From: the human T2T-CHM13v2.0 reference genome, Homo sapiens
NCBI RefSeq assembly: GCF_009914755.1
Contig: NC_060929.1
Length of the DNA: 64,000 nucleotides
Reading direction: 5' to 3' (one strand)
Of the stretch, positions 12,913-25,651 are shown one piece after another. How positions within the stretch are numbered: position 1 is the stretch's first letter; the number at the start of each line of letters is the position of its first letter. The notes under the pieces are model-generated. The model did no database searches, was not told the origin of the DNA, and worked only from the letters and a program-made list of their open reading frames with translations. A program made the translations under genes and the position numbers.

Positions 12913-14871
12913 TAATGTTTGCTCTGAAATCGTCCTCCAGAGAATTAGTTATTCCTCTTGGATTTGTCATAACCACAACTTTGATCAAAATGCCTTTCAT
13001 GTCTTTAAAACTCTGATGGAAATATTGAAGAGCACAGAATCAAAATCAGAGACCAAGAGGATTATAAAACTAAAAGGGAACTTAGCTGCAGTGAGTCTGT
13101 GACCCAAACGTACAGCAGAGAACTCCCAAACCCCAAAAGGAGTAGCTGAACTTCTGAAAAAGTATCTGGGATTGTGTTTATTTTGATAAAATACAGCCAA
13201 AATTTTTAACAGTTCAAGTTCACGCATTCCTGTGGCATACTTCCTCTGAGTAAAGTCTTTTGATCTTTCAGAGGTGTTTCTGACAAGAGTTGAAAAGTTC
13301 ATGAAGGGTCTCAAGAGAAAGTTGTGTCCACTCGTACAGAGGTGCTATGAGAATTTCTTTGGAGTTCTGTGGGCAGAAGAATTCCAGCTCATGGCCTGTG
13401 CATGTGCTCCTGGAACATGCTGTCTTAAGCTATTTGAAAACAAACATGGAAGATGGCTCTAAGCAGAATGTGGGAGAAGTTTTAATGCACTTTAGAAATG
13501 TAACCTTTAAATACCAGTCATGTTCAGAGTATTTCTCCCGGAAAAATACATCATTTCTTTAATGGAGTGGCACTTCCCAAAATGACATGCCATTTAATAA
13601 TATTAATCTGAAGGCAAAGAGAGGGTATGTTGGGGATTTGTCTATCCCTAGACTTCTAAAACCAGAACAATACCTGCTGGCCTGAAATTAAAGGATACAA
13701 CAAACTAATGGAAAATCTTGACAGATTCAAAAGTATTTGGTCCCCTGTCACCAACTCCGTTCAGGGACATCTTTGGCGCTCCTCTGCTCACACCTTCTCA
13801 TCCCCCAGTGCTCCCCTCTCACTCCTTACTCTAGGTCAAAGGTGAAGCCTCGGGCCCTCCCACACCTGATCTGCTGACTCATCTGCTGTGCTCCCCACCA
13901 CGCCTGCAGCACCAGCCACACTGGATGACTTGCTGCTCCTCGGACACACCAGGCATGCTCCCCACACAAAGCTGTTGCTCTTGCTCTTCCTTCTGCCTGA
14001 ATGTTTTTCCAATATACACTTAGCTCACCTATCCATCACCTCCTCCGGGGTCTGCTCAAATGCTGCTTTCTCAATGGTGCCTTCCTTCACCACTCTATTA
14101 GAAATTGAACGTCAATACACACACACACTCCATTAAAGATCCCAGCACTTCCTAGCTCCCTTTCCTGCTTTATTTTTCTCCATAGCACAAATCATTCAAC
14201 ATGCCATTTATTTCATGTATTTATTTTATTTATTGTTTCTTCCTGCCTCTCTCTTTCCCTCATCAGGAAAAATGCTCCCTATGGGCTGGGATTATCACCT
14301 GGTTAGTTCACCAATTTATCCCCAGTACCTAGAACTGGCATCCCTGACACAAAACAGATATTCAAAAACTATTTGCTGAATGAATGAAGGGCAAGAATGG
14401 CCAGGGAATCTCCCTCTCCAAGTCACTAAAGGCTGCAGCCACTAGTTTTTAGAGGTTAGAGTCACTGTAAGTGAAAATGACCATGTCTCAAAACTTAGTG
14501 ACCCCAGGAGTCATCTAGGGAGAGACAATGTGAAGGGGTCGCCTCGAAATCAGGGACCCATGACTTTGACTCTTCTCTGTGAATAAGGCTACATGATAAC
14601 ATAAACAGCATGTTGTCACAGCAGATGCACAGGGAACACCTGCATCTCGACACATACGTTTCAACCAGTCATTCTTAAATACACGCCTCTTACACAACAC
14701 AATTAACCACTGAATTGACCAGGATCGGACCAAAATTTAGTGCTCAGAAGATAGGGCTACAATTTACAAACTATTTTTAGAGAGGTATTCAATTCAACTC
14801 ACAGCAGAGCAGGTTTGAAATGGTCTTAGATGGTTTGTCCAGCCTTTGAGGGAGAAGCCATGACTGAAAGA

Positions 14872-14955
14872 CACCTGCATGAGGTCACTAAAGCATCACC
14901 TTCCCTGGGACCCCACCTGCATGAGGTCACTAAAGTGTCACCTTCCCTGGGACCC
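14872..14955 (+). repeat. 42-bp tandem duplication
   Basis: CACCTGCATGAGGTCACTAAAG(CA/TG)TCACCTTCCCTGGGACCC, two copies. Confidence 0.9.
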
Positions 14956-15989
14956 CCGCTGAGAAGCACTGATGTCTAAGGTCTTTTCCAACCCTCAGCA
15001 TTCTCTGATTCTCCCCAGGGCTCCCCAAATCCCCTGGTTAAGTCTAGCCCCCTTGACGTGTAATTCAGGTTACATCTCCTGTGGTCAAAGGGGAGGACTC
15101 CTCCACAGATTAGCTCCAAGTACACTCTGCCACTCCTCCACCTCCTGGACAACTCCCCATCCCTCTAGAATGCCCTTGGCCATGCTGTTCCCTTTGCTTG
15201 CCCTGCTTTTCTCTGTTTCCTCCTCTGTTATCTCCCTGCTCTTTCACTCTCTCCTCAAAGTCTAGCTGAAACATTATTTCCTCTGTGAAGGTTTCCTCAT
15301 GCTTTTCAGTTAGAATCTTTATTCCCACCATACCACTGTGAAAATGCCACGTGAGAGGCAAGAAGAGTGCACCTTATATTAAACCTGGTGCCTCTGATTG
15401 CTCAGCAGTATTTCTTGAGGGCGAGAAATATGTTTTACTGACCATGGTAACTGCACACAGTAACTCGAACAAGATGTTTAGTAAATTGATTCAAATCAAT
15501 GGATGAGTTGAAATTCTTAGAAGCAAATGAAGCATCAAACATGTGTTCCTAGCTGACTAGACAAAGACACTCTAAAATGGTAGGTGGTTGTTAATGGTTT
15601 CCAACCTGGAGAGTGTATGTTCCTAGGGTCTTATAAAGGAAATGATGGGGACCTGCAAGTTACTTTTCAACATTTAAAAAGAAAGTAGTGGAAATCATTC
15701 TTTCATTCATGATAAGAAAGCAAAGTCTAACAATAAGACCATTCTAACCCAAAGTAAAGAAACGTGACAGCAGCCCGGAGTTGTCCTTGGTTATTTTATG
15801 CTGATTGGATGCCAAATTGGCAATTGTACCCAGCTCCCTGATTGCAGGGCCTGGACTATTTTAACTTTCGAGAGCTTATGTTCATCATAGGGTATGATAT
15901 GGAAAACGTACCATGTAAGCATCTGTTGGTTGAATGAGAAAATGAATGAATAAAAAAATCCACCAATGATTAAAGCATACTTGTGTTAA

Positions 15990-16547
15990 ATACCTGGGCA
16001 TTACCCCGATATTGCTGACAGGGCCAGTGACAATGTGGCACTCATCTAGAACTGGGCAACCAGGATCGTGCAGGAAACCCATGGCATAGAAGCAAAAGCT
16101 GGAAAGCTAGGGATGTTTAACCTAAGAAAGATAAAATTCAAGGAAATCTGATCATCTTTTCTTTCAAATACTTAAAAAGCTTTCATGAAAGGATGGGTAT
16201 GATTTATTCTGTACCAGAATAGTATGATTCTAGGAGAATCATACTATGAATGAATCTAGGAGGCATATGTTTTATTCTGTACCAGAGGTACCTCTGGTAC
16301 AGAATAAATCTGGGGTACTAGAGCCAGCGCCTAGGAGAAAAAGTTTTTAAATGGCAGATTTCAGCTCAGCCTAAATAACTATCTAAAAATTGGAGCGTAT
16401 TTACATTGGAAGGGCTCATCTCAGCAAGTAGTAAGTTCCCTATCACTGAAGATGTTTAAGCACTGGCTAGATAACCTTTCTATAGGAATACTGTGGAAGG
16501 GCTTCTAGCATCTGTTGGGAGGTGGACTAGACACCCTCCAAGGTCCC
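15990..16547 (+). mobile_element. L3/CR1 LINE 3' fragment
   Basis: GGCAGATTTCAGCTCA, AGTAAGTTCCCTATCACTGAAGATGTTTAAG and GGTGGACTAGA...AAGGTCCC motifs. Confidence 0.65.
16271..16308. repeat. Perfect 38-bp palindrome
   Basis: TTTATTCTGTACCAGAGGT|ACCTCTGGTACAGAATAAA. Confidence 0.95.
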
Positions 16548-16549
16548 AT

Positions 16550-18141
16550 TGAGAGGTGACAGCGTGCTGGCAGTCCTCACAGCCCTCGCTCGCTCTTGGC
16601 GCCTCCTCTGCCTGGGCTCCCACTTTGGCGGCACTTGAGGAGCCCATCAGTCCACCGCTGCACTGTGGGAGCCCCTTTCTGGGCTGGCTAAGGCCAGAGC
16701 CGGCTCCCTCAGCTTTCAGGGAGGTGTGGAGGGAGAGGCGCGAGCGGGAACCTGGGCTGTGCGCGGTGCTTGCGGGCCAGCTGGAGTTCCGGGTGGGCGT
16801 GGGCTTGGCGGCCCGGCACTCGGAGCAGCCGGCCGGCCCTGCCGGCCCCGGGCAATGAGGGGCTTAGCACCCGGGCCGGCGGCTGCGGAGGGTGTACTGG
16901 GTCCCCCAGCAGTGCCAGCCCGCCAGCGCTGCGCTCGATTTCTCACCGGGCTTTAGCTGCCTTCCCGCGGGGCAGGGCTCGGGACCTGCAGCCCGCCATG
17001 CCTGAGCCTCCCACCCCCTCCATGGGCTCCTGTGCGGCCCAGGCCTCCTCGATGAGAGCCGCCCCCTGCTCCACAGCACCCACTCCCATCGACCACCCAA
17101 GGGCTGAGGAGTGCGGGCGCATGGCACGGGACTGGCAGGCAGCTCCACCGGCAGCGCGGGTGTGGTATCCACTGGGTGAAGCCAGTTGGGCTCCTGAGTC
17201 TGGTAGGGAGGTGGAGAATCCTTATGTCTAGCTCAGGGATTATAAATACACCAATCGGCACTCTGTATCTAGCTCAAGGTTTGTAAACGCACCAATCAGC
17301 ACCCTGTGTCTAGCTCAGGGTTTGTAAACGCACCAATGGACACTCTGTATCTAGCTGCTCTGGTGGGGCCTTGGAGAACCTTTATGTCTAGCTCAGGGAT
17401 TGTAAATACACCAATCAGCACTCTATCTAGCTCAAGGTTTGTAAACACACCAATCAGCACCCTGTGTCTAGCTCAGGGTTTGTGAGTGCACCAGTCGACA
17501 CTGTATCTAGCTGCTCTGGTGGGCCTTGGAGAACCTTTGTGTCCATACTCTGTATCTAACTGATCTGATGGGGATGTGGAGAACCTTTATGTCTAGCTCA
17601 GGGATTGTAAATGCACCAATCAGTGCCCTGTCAAAACAGACCACTCGGATCTACCAGTCAGCAGGACGCGGGTGGGGCCAGATAAGAGAATAAAAGCAGG
17701 CTGCCCGAGCCAGCAGTGGCAACCCGCTCGGGTCCCCTTCCACCCTGTGGAAGCTTTGTTCTTTCGCTCTTTGCAATAAATCTTGCTACTGCTCACTCTT
17801 TGGGTCCACACTGCTTTCATGAGCTATAACACTCACCGTGAAAGTCCGCAGCTTCACTTCTGAAGCCAGCGAGACCACGAGCCCTCTGGGAGGAATGAAC
17901 AACTCCAGACGCGCCACCTTAAGAGCTGTAACACTCACTGCGAAGGTCTGCAGCTTCACTCCTGAGCCAGCGAGACCACGAACCAACCAGAAGGAAGAAA
18001 CTCCGAACACATCCGAAGGTCAGAAGGAACAAACTCCAGATGCGCCACCTTAAGAGCTGTAGAGCTGTAACACTCACCCCGAGGGTCCGTGGCTTCATTC
18101 TTGAAGTCAGTGAGACCAAGAACCCACCAATGCTAGACACA
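16550..18141 (+). mobile_element. Solo LTR12C (ERV9 LTR)
   Basis: Starts TGAGAGGTGACAGCGTGCTGGCAG and ends CCAATGCTAGACACA. CpG-rich 5' part, tandem CCAAT repeats at 17225-17640, 4-bp TSD CCAT. Confidence 0.95.
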
Positions 18142-18226
18142 CCATCATACCCATAAATCTAAATAATAAATAGCCATTTTTTTCTCCTACCCAACATTCC
18201 CAATTACATAAACTGAGAGTTATTAC

Positions 18227-18699
18227 CTGTTTCCCAATAAATTTTATTAGCTTTCCTCTTGGAAAATTAGAACTTTTAACATAACTGTGTTTCAGTGGTT
18301 TAATAAGTAGAACAAATTCACAGTCAAATCCCTCAAAATATTTACTTGGAATTTTGAGGTAGTCTTCTAGAAGTTCTCTGGAGCCACCTTCTTGAACTGT
18401 GAAATTCTGTACCTGCAGAAAAATCCACTTAGGCGTGGTGTCCACCAAGATTTCGACTCTGCTCACAACTTGGAAACCATTCATCACATCCAGGGAAAAA
18501 CAGTCCTGTTCTTGGTTGGGGGATGTCTGCACATAAAGGATATTGCCATCCTCCACATCCGGTTGTGTGAAAGTCAAAGGGACTTTTCATCTGCACCCAA
18601 GCTGCCTTCTTCTGGTATAAATTTTTGGAGGTATCCATGCATTGGTGGAGTTCCGACTATGAACACTGCCTCTGAAGGAATATTATCTTCATGCCCAGC
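18227..18699 (-). pseudogene. CSPG4BP: CSPG4B exon 4 (CSPG repeats), 1-nt frameshift
   Basis: AGHEDNIPSEAVFIVGTPPMHGYLQ...(frameshift near 18580)...TFTQPDVEDGNILYVQ...KFIGKQ, donor CAG|gtaata. The acceptor ctcaag|GCT is less certain. Confidence 0.85.
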
Positions 18700-20124
18700 C
18701 TTGAGTTCACACACACCATATATAGACACAAAAAGAAAAACATTAATAAATGTAGAAGTGAAGACTGTTGAAAACCACATTGTCTTATATTAACATCCAC
18801 AATTGGCTTAAGTTGTACTTAGGGTTGATACACAGTTTAAGCCTGAGTCTGTTTTGGTGCCCATGCCAATATTTTTAATATTGGCCCTGGTCACAAAAAA
18901 AAGTAATGGTCAGCAACACCTAAGTAGCTACTAATGTATTAACCAAGTGTCATTCACAGCAGCAAAAAAACCCAGGACTCCAAGGTTGAGGTGAAAGAAA
19001 TAAAATGGTAGTGTAAGGAGAAGGAATACAAGATGGTAGAAGACGCAGCAGTTGGGTCAGTAAACTTGTAAGACCTTGAGAGGAAAGTTATCATCCCCCA
19101 TTTGAACTCGCTCAGCACTTTCAATACGTATTTTTTTATTCCGGGAACTCCATCTCAAATCTGATTATAACTGATGTATAGTCATTGGACTGCATATGCC
19201 CCCTTGTGGTGAAACTTAAATATAAGCTCTTGAAAAAGAACAAAAAAGCTGGTTCTTATTCCAAACTCACTATTCAAAGTCTTATTCAAAAGTATTTAAC
19301 CCATTCTGATTTGAATTCATTTTTACTTAATTTTATTGGCTGCATCTAGCAAAAAAGCAAACTTGTTTGCAGTCCCGAGGGTAGATTCAGAATAGCCTGC
19401 ATTTGTGGCCAGTTGTTATAAATCGCAGCTTACACATCCCACACCCTACACAGCATTACCCTAAAAAAGAACACCCCTTCCAAACTCTGATCAGCATGGC
19501 TGTGCCTGCTGGAAGTTTCCAGTACGAGGCCCAGAAAACCAGGTGATTTTTGGTCTCACCTCTGACATTCCACTGGTCTAGGCTAGTTTTAACCATCACT
19601 TTCAGGATACTAAACAAGGCCACATTCAGACCTAAACAAACTATATAATATAGTATTTGCTGGTATCTTAGGAATGTTTCTTACATTTGTTAAATTACTC
19701 CAAGTTTTTATACTGTGCTTCATTCAGCACATCATAAATATAACTCAGATCAAATGAAATATTGGCAGTGTTGCTATGGATAATGAATAAAAGATCTCTT
19801 AATTTACCATAATATATACCTCTCTCCCTTAGTCCAAGTTTTTACTGTACTAAACATATATATGATGCACATGTATGCACATGTGAGCCCAACTTTAAAA
19901 TAAGCCTGAGCATTGCTTACATTCCATTTCCAACTGTAGGAAAATTGGTAGCATCAAAATCATGAAACTTTCCAAGTTTTCTTCTCAATGGCATCTATAT
20001 TTTTAAAAATTCACTCCTGATACCAGGGGAGAAATCAACACAAAAATAGCTTTCAGAAGCAAACAGATTATTAGCACCTGTAAGAATGAGAATTCTTAGT
20101 GCTGTGGATAGGATAATTACCTAC

Positions 20125-23100
20125 CTGGAGCCTTCCTGTATTCAGTTTTACTGGTTTTCTTTCTTCAACTACTAGAGTCTCGATGTGCAGAACCTGCGTG
20201 TGATGTGGGTGACCTTCCAAGCACACTTGAACATAGACACCCACTCTCACCTCTAAGTATGTGGCTTTAACTTTCACTCTCAGGTTGAATACATCAAAGT
20301 CATCACTGCCATCGTGCCTATAAATCACACATCAACAAGTCATCCTGAGAAAATGAGTGGGAAACAGAATGATTGACCAGGATCCTGCCATGCTTTAGGC
20401 CCTGCACAATGTGGAATTCAATCTTGTGGTCTGTTCTGACATTTTGGTTTGTGGTGACACTTAGGTTGGCCACTGTGAGGCTGCCATCCTTTCCTCTCTG
20501 TATGAGCAGCCCCGTGTTGTTGGCTATCTGGACATAAGGGTCTGACACACTGGCCTTGAGAAGAGATGATGTGTAGTGGACACCATCTGTCACAAACAGC
20601 ACGAAGCGATCCAAGTCTGCACCCTGATGCCTGAAAAGCACGTGCCCTTCCTGCAGGTCTTCTTGCCTGAACTGGTAGAGTTTCTGAGTGGGGTCTCTGG
20701 CTCACACTAAATCCCCATTTGGGATGCCCCGCTGGGTGTACAGCAACTGCCCATTATCAAAATCTAAGTCAGGGTTATGGTAACAGAGATCTGCCAGGGT
20801 CAATAAGCGCTGGCCATTCCGCACAACATGAAAGACCTTATCTATCATGCGTACTGGTTTCTCATCATTCTTTAACCCAACGGAAAGTGTGACTTTTATT
20901 TCCATAGATGAATGCTGTGAGTCAAGATCCCTGACTGCTCCCCCCTGGTCCTTTGGTGAAGGCCACAAAAAAGAACTCATCAGACTCAGTCTCAGAGTCA
21001 TCATGAACATAGATCACCTGTTCACTCACTCTCTCTTGATTTGTGAACATAGTGATATTGTCATTACTTTCCAGAGAATCAGACAAGTTAAGCAGTTTCA
21101 GCTTCCCATGTTGAGGGCCCTTGGAGATTTTATATTGGAAGATCTGATTGTCCAAAATTTGAACAAATAGTTCTGATTTTGTAATTAATTTTCCTTCTCC
21201 TTCTTTTACAAATAATCCTCTGTTAGTTAAAATAAAGTATGTCTTATCTGCTTTAAAGTTGATTCTGAAAGTATAATCTTTTGAGTCTATGTATTTTGCA
21301 ACAACCAAAAACCTAAAAGTATCCTGTGAGTCTTCCCTTGGCCTCTCCTGAGGTTCATAACTTATCTTAGAGTCTGTAATATTTTTTTGGCTGAAAATTG
21401 AGTTTGTTTTTAGAACTTTATTGCCAAGTACCAATTTTCCTTTCTTAGATGGGATCAATAACTTAAAATGTAGTTCCCTCTCAGCTACTTCCACACCCTC
21501 TGTTGCAGCCTGCAAATGATCAGAATTCAATATGTTCTTGTTTAGTTGACTCATCTCTAGAGGAACATTTTTCAGGATAAACTTCAGCCATTGTGTTGTA
21601 ACTGGAAATATCAGCTCTTCACTGACTTTTCCTTCTATGTTAACTTTACATTTAAAATGATCTGTAACATTTTCTAGCTGCAATTCTTTCAATGTACTAT
21701 AGTACTGGACCCGACTCCAATCAACAGAACACTGAGGAAAGGTACTAACTTGTTTCCATTTCCCACTTGACCCTCACCGCTGAATCTGGCCATACTGAGG
21801 TGGATGAGTGATGTCAGAGCGGGTCTCCATCTCATGCCATTCACCATTAACCTCCACTGACAAGTTACTCCATGTAATCAGAGGAGTGCCACCCTGTTCT
21901 ACAACCACACCAGTTCTAACGGCCACTGCAAAGTCCCAAGAAACAGCCATGTTCCACACCACTGCTGTATTACTAACCAGCTCTCCATCACTTGCTCTCA
22001 GAACAATCTGAGAGTTTCGATGACCCCTGTGCACATAGAAAATGTTGCCATCTCTTAAATCTTCATGTGTAAAATGATTAATGGCATTCCCGGGATCACT
22101 TGCATTTTCTAAAACCCCAGCATCTGAATTGAAGTTGCCAAGAACTGAAATACAAAGACTCAAAGAATCTGTGTCAGGGTCTGACATGTCTATCATACTT
22201 GGGGTCAGTTGTTTCTTAGAGTTCTCAAATAGAAGAAGCAAGTTTCCTTCTGGTACCTTAAGGTATGGGGGATCATTGACTGGAATGACAATAATGTTAA
22301 ACACATGTGGAACACGTTCTTGCAGATATAATGGCATTTCTTTCTTGCTATTGGGAGAAACCAAAAATGTAAAATAATCCATAGGTTCTTCTGAACCATC
22401 ATGGACATATCAAACTTTTCCTTGCCATAAGTCTAACATGGTAAAAGCTGTCTCCATTACTTGCTCAGGTGGTACATTTAATTGAAGGAACCCATGAATA
22501 GGCCTTCCCTCTATTTTAAATAGTATTTGAGAATGATGGATACCCAAATCCTTAAATTTCACATCCAGTTTCATGTGCCTTTGTTTCAGTAAGGTCCACC
22601 TTCTTGGACCTGCAAGTTATTCAAAACCAAGAAATCGCTACTCTCATCTTGAAGAAAAGGCTTGATGACCTCAGGGACGGCAGTGGAAAGGAAAACTTCT
22701 GACTGATGCAGATTTTCTATCGCTGTTATGGAAGGATTTGTGTTATCAACACTCTCAGTTTTACAACAACAGGAATATCTTTGAAAACAAGGGCATCCCT
22801 TAACGCTCTCTTTTCTGAATTGGCTTCCAAGCTTCTTAAGCACCCTTTGAAAGAGGTTCCTCGAGCAAATTTCCCAGGCACAGAGGCAAGTTCTAACCTC
22901 TTTACTTCTTCCCACATTTGGTTATCAAGACCTCCCACAAAAAGGGCTCCTTCAGATACAAATGTTTGCTTTGCAAAGGCAGTGACTTCCTTACCTTTTT
23001 TTCATCTACTGTTAGGTCCAGATACTCCCCTGTGAATTTGAATTGAATAACATGCCACTTGTTGTCACTGACAAAACTAAAAGAAGAAAGCTGAGTTTTA

Positions 23101-23686
23101 CTTTTATGCCTTCCTACATAAGCCTTCAATAGACTTTCATCTATTTACAAAGCAACAAAATCTCCTTCCTTACCCAACTGAAATGAAAGCAAGGCTTGCT
23201 GAGTTACAGTTTGCAAAGTAAATTCCAATAGTGTTTACCCTTGCACTTTCCATTCTGGAAAACTGACAGAGAATCTGGAGCTAAAGAAATTGATGGCTTC
23301 ATCCTCCCCTGCAAAAAAAACTCGTCATTGCATCCTAGTGACACCTCATAAACCTTCTTAAAACCAGGGTAAGATCTAAGGGACGTAAGGATCTCCCTCT
23401 GGTTAAATACCACATCCTTCATACATCCTCAAAAATTGGGGAGCTTTCCGTACAGATAAGGTACATTGAGTGCCCTGCGGCCTCCTACATAGATTCCATG
23501 TTGAAAATTCAAATTATGCATCCCACCAGCTGCCATTTGGCCAGTTGTCTCATAACGTTTGTCAATAACAAAGGAAATATTATGCTTAACATAGCACAGT
23601 TCCACCAAATGCCAAACCAGGTCATCCATATGAAGTCTCTGCTCAGAAAGGAGCATTTGTTCACTTGTACCCAAATTTACTCTCAC
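20125..23686 (-). pseudogene. CSPG4BP: CSPG4B giant exon 3 (LamG1-LamG2 plus CSPG repeats), disrupted
   Basis: Acceptor ttctttttcag|GTG and donor CAG|gtaggt. ORF fragments tile one protein across frames. Stops at 23429, 23235, 23145, 21774 and 20702. Frameshifts at the T8 run 23313-23320 and near 22966, 22775, 22590, 20950 and 20328. Confidence 0.92.
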
Positions 23687-24033
23687 CTGAAAAAGAATCA
23701 TAATTAATCAATCTCATCTCACTTTTCATTTCATAATGTTTTATTGAGAAAATCGGACCTTTCACAAAAGAAAAAGAAGAGAGAAATTTGCACATGAAAA
23801 CTCTTCCCATGCTTATAGATTACATACTAAACTCAGGAAATTTTAAAGTTGGAATATTTAAGCCATGCTAGTAAAACCGAAGGAGATCCCAACCTATACA
23901 AATGGCACATCATTTTATTCTAATGAAATAACAGCAATCAATACATGTAGCTGTTTTGTTCTCTTTCTCTCTCAACTGGTTTTCTCTCCAGTAATTATAT
24001 GCTTATATGTATTTTCAAGATTTAAAATCATAC

Positions 24034-24197
24034 ACATAAGGTTCCTGATTTAAGTTCTATTATACAATAGTCATTTGTCCCAGCTGCAAGCAAAAGTAAT
24101 CCCTGTGGTTTGCTGGTATGAAATTTTAATTGAAGAGATAGCTCAGAGGAAACTTCTATGATGTTGAACTCCACATAGCTTTCACCATAAAAAGATG
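24034..24197 (-). pseudogene. CSPG4BP: CSPG4B exon 2 (164 nt, start of LamG1)
   Basis: Acceptor ttattttcctcttag|CA. Manual translation gives ASFYGESYVEFNIIEVSSELSLQLKFHTSKPQGLLLLAAGTNDYCIIELKSGTLC, similar to CSPG4 ASFFGE...LQLQFSTSQPEALLLLAAG. Donor TGT|gtatga, phase 0. Confidence 0.9.
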
Positions 24198-24277
24198 CTA
24201 AGAGGAAAATAACAAAAGAAATATATTAGTAAATTTATTATGCAATGACTATTCCACCTTATATTATCATCTCTTTT

Positions 24278-25090
24278 CAGGGACTGATCCTGGTGAAGAA
24301 AGTTGCCTTTCCCAAGGCCTTATCTGCTTCCTGGGGTGACCCAGAGATATGACATGGGTGTATAAAAGGCTCAGTGTTCTCTCACCCCAACTCTGGAAAG
24401 CTCTGAACGGTCATTCCCTCTTCACAACTCTCAAGAGAGGTAGCTGAGGTTTCAACTGAGATGAAATTACAATTCAACTCCTCCATCTACCCCAGAATGC
24501 TTCTTTCCCCTCCATAGGAGTTGATCCTATGAGCTCTCTCTAATAAACCTCCTGCATGCTAAGTTCCATTTCAGATTCTGCCTCCCCAGAAGCCCAACCT
24601 GTGACAATTGGTACTGGAAGTGGTCTGAAAAAGCAGATGATAAGATGAGATTTGCAGCTGGACCAACCACTACTCAAATGGTAATTAGGACACTGTCACT
24701 GGTGGTAGGTGAACCACAGAGAGCCCTGGCAATGACTGCAAACTTCACTGGTGGTGAGCTGGCTTGGTGTAAGAGCATAAAGGAATACGTTAGGCCTGGC
24801 TATGAAATGCTGAGCTCTTAAAAACAGGGCAAATAAAAAGTAACTATGAAGACAATGGAATTGGGTGCCTATTGCCAAGCTTGAATGAAGCTTTGGAAAA
24901 GATAAGGAAAAGCTGGGAAAGATTAGTTGACAATTACAAACTAAGTGTGAAAGCCAGAAGGCCTTCCTGTTAGCAAAGTCCTTCTCATCTTCTATAGCAG
25001 GAGGGCAAAAGAAGCTGAGACTCAGACCCAGGAGGTCATCATCAGAGTAGTCAAGCTCCAAGTAAAGTTTTGGGGAATCTAGCCTGCAAT
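24278..25090 (+). mobile_element. LTR16-family LTR followed by ERVL internal sequence
   Basis: AATAAACCTCCTGCATGCTAA...CCCAACCTGTGACA LTR end near 24606, then TTGGTACTGGAAGTGGTCTGA internal start. Confidence 0.65.
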
Positions 25091-25271
25091 ATCTGCCTCC
25101 CCTCTTTGCTCCTCTGTGCATTTCTTTATCCTAGAACCTGCCAAGTTGTGTTAACATTTCTTATTTATGCATCTATCTCCTGCATTATTCTGTAAGTTTT
25201 CTAAGATCGGGGACCATACCTTTTGTATCTCATCTCTTCAGTACCTAGCACAGTGCCTGGCACACGGGTGG

Positions 25272-25651
25272 TGTCATAGTTTCTGTTGGTGTCCCATTTT
25301 GATCCCTTTTAACAGGCTGGTGCCCCCATCCTTCAGTTGCTGAACTGCCTTATCCAAAAGCTCCAGTGATATCACACCCCCTACCCTGGAGAGCAATCCA
25401 CAGACAAAGATTGATTGGAACTGATCTATAAAATATGTAGAACTCTGTGTTGCCATTCATATTCCAGATTCCCCTCTGGGATCAGGCTGAGGTTACATCA
25501 GTTGAAACCACATCTTCGCTTGGCATCTTCTCCTGCCCTATCCTGCTTCCCTCACTTCCTTACGTTCTCTACTGGGAAAAATCACTCAGTGATTCATTTG
25601 CACTACAATCCCTCACTCAGGCTTTCTCACTAAGGAACCTGACCTAAAACA
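25272..25651 (+). mobile_element. Old LTR16-like solo LTR
   Basis: TGTCATAG start and AATCCCTCACTCAGGCT...GGAACCTGACCTAAAACA end. Confidence 0.55.

Noticed and set aside
16556-18140. Many overlapping ORFs and CRISPR-like spaced repeats
   Set aside because: All lie within LTR12C, and the repeats are its normal CCAAT array.
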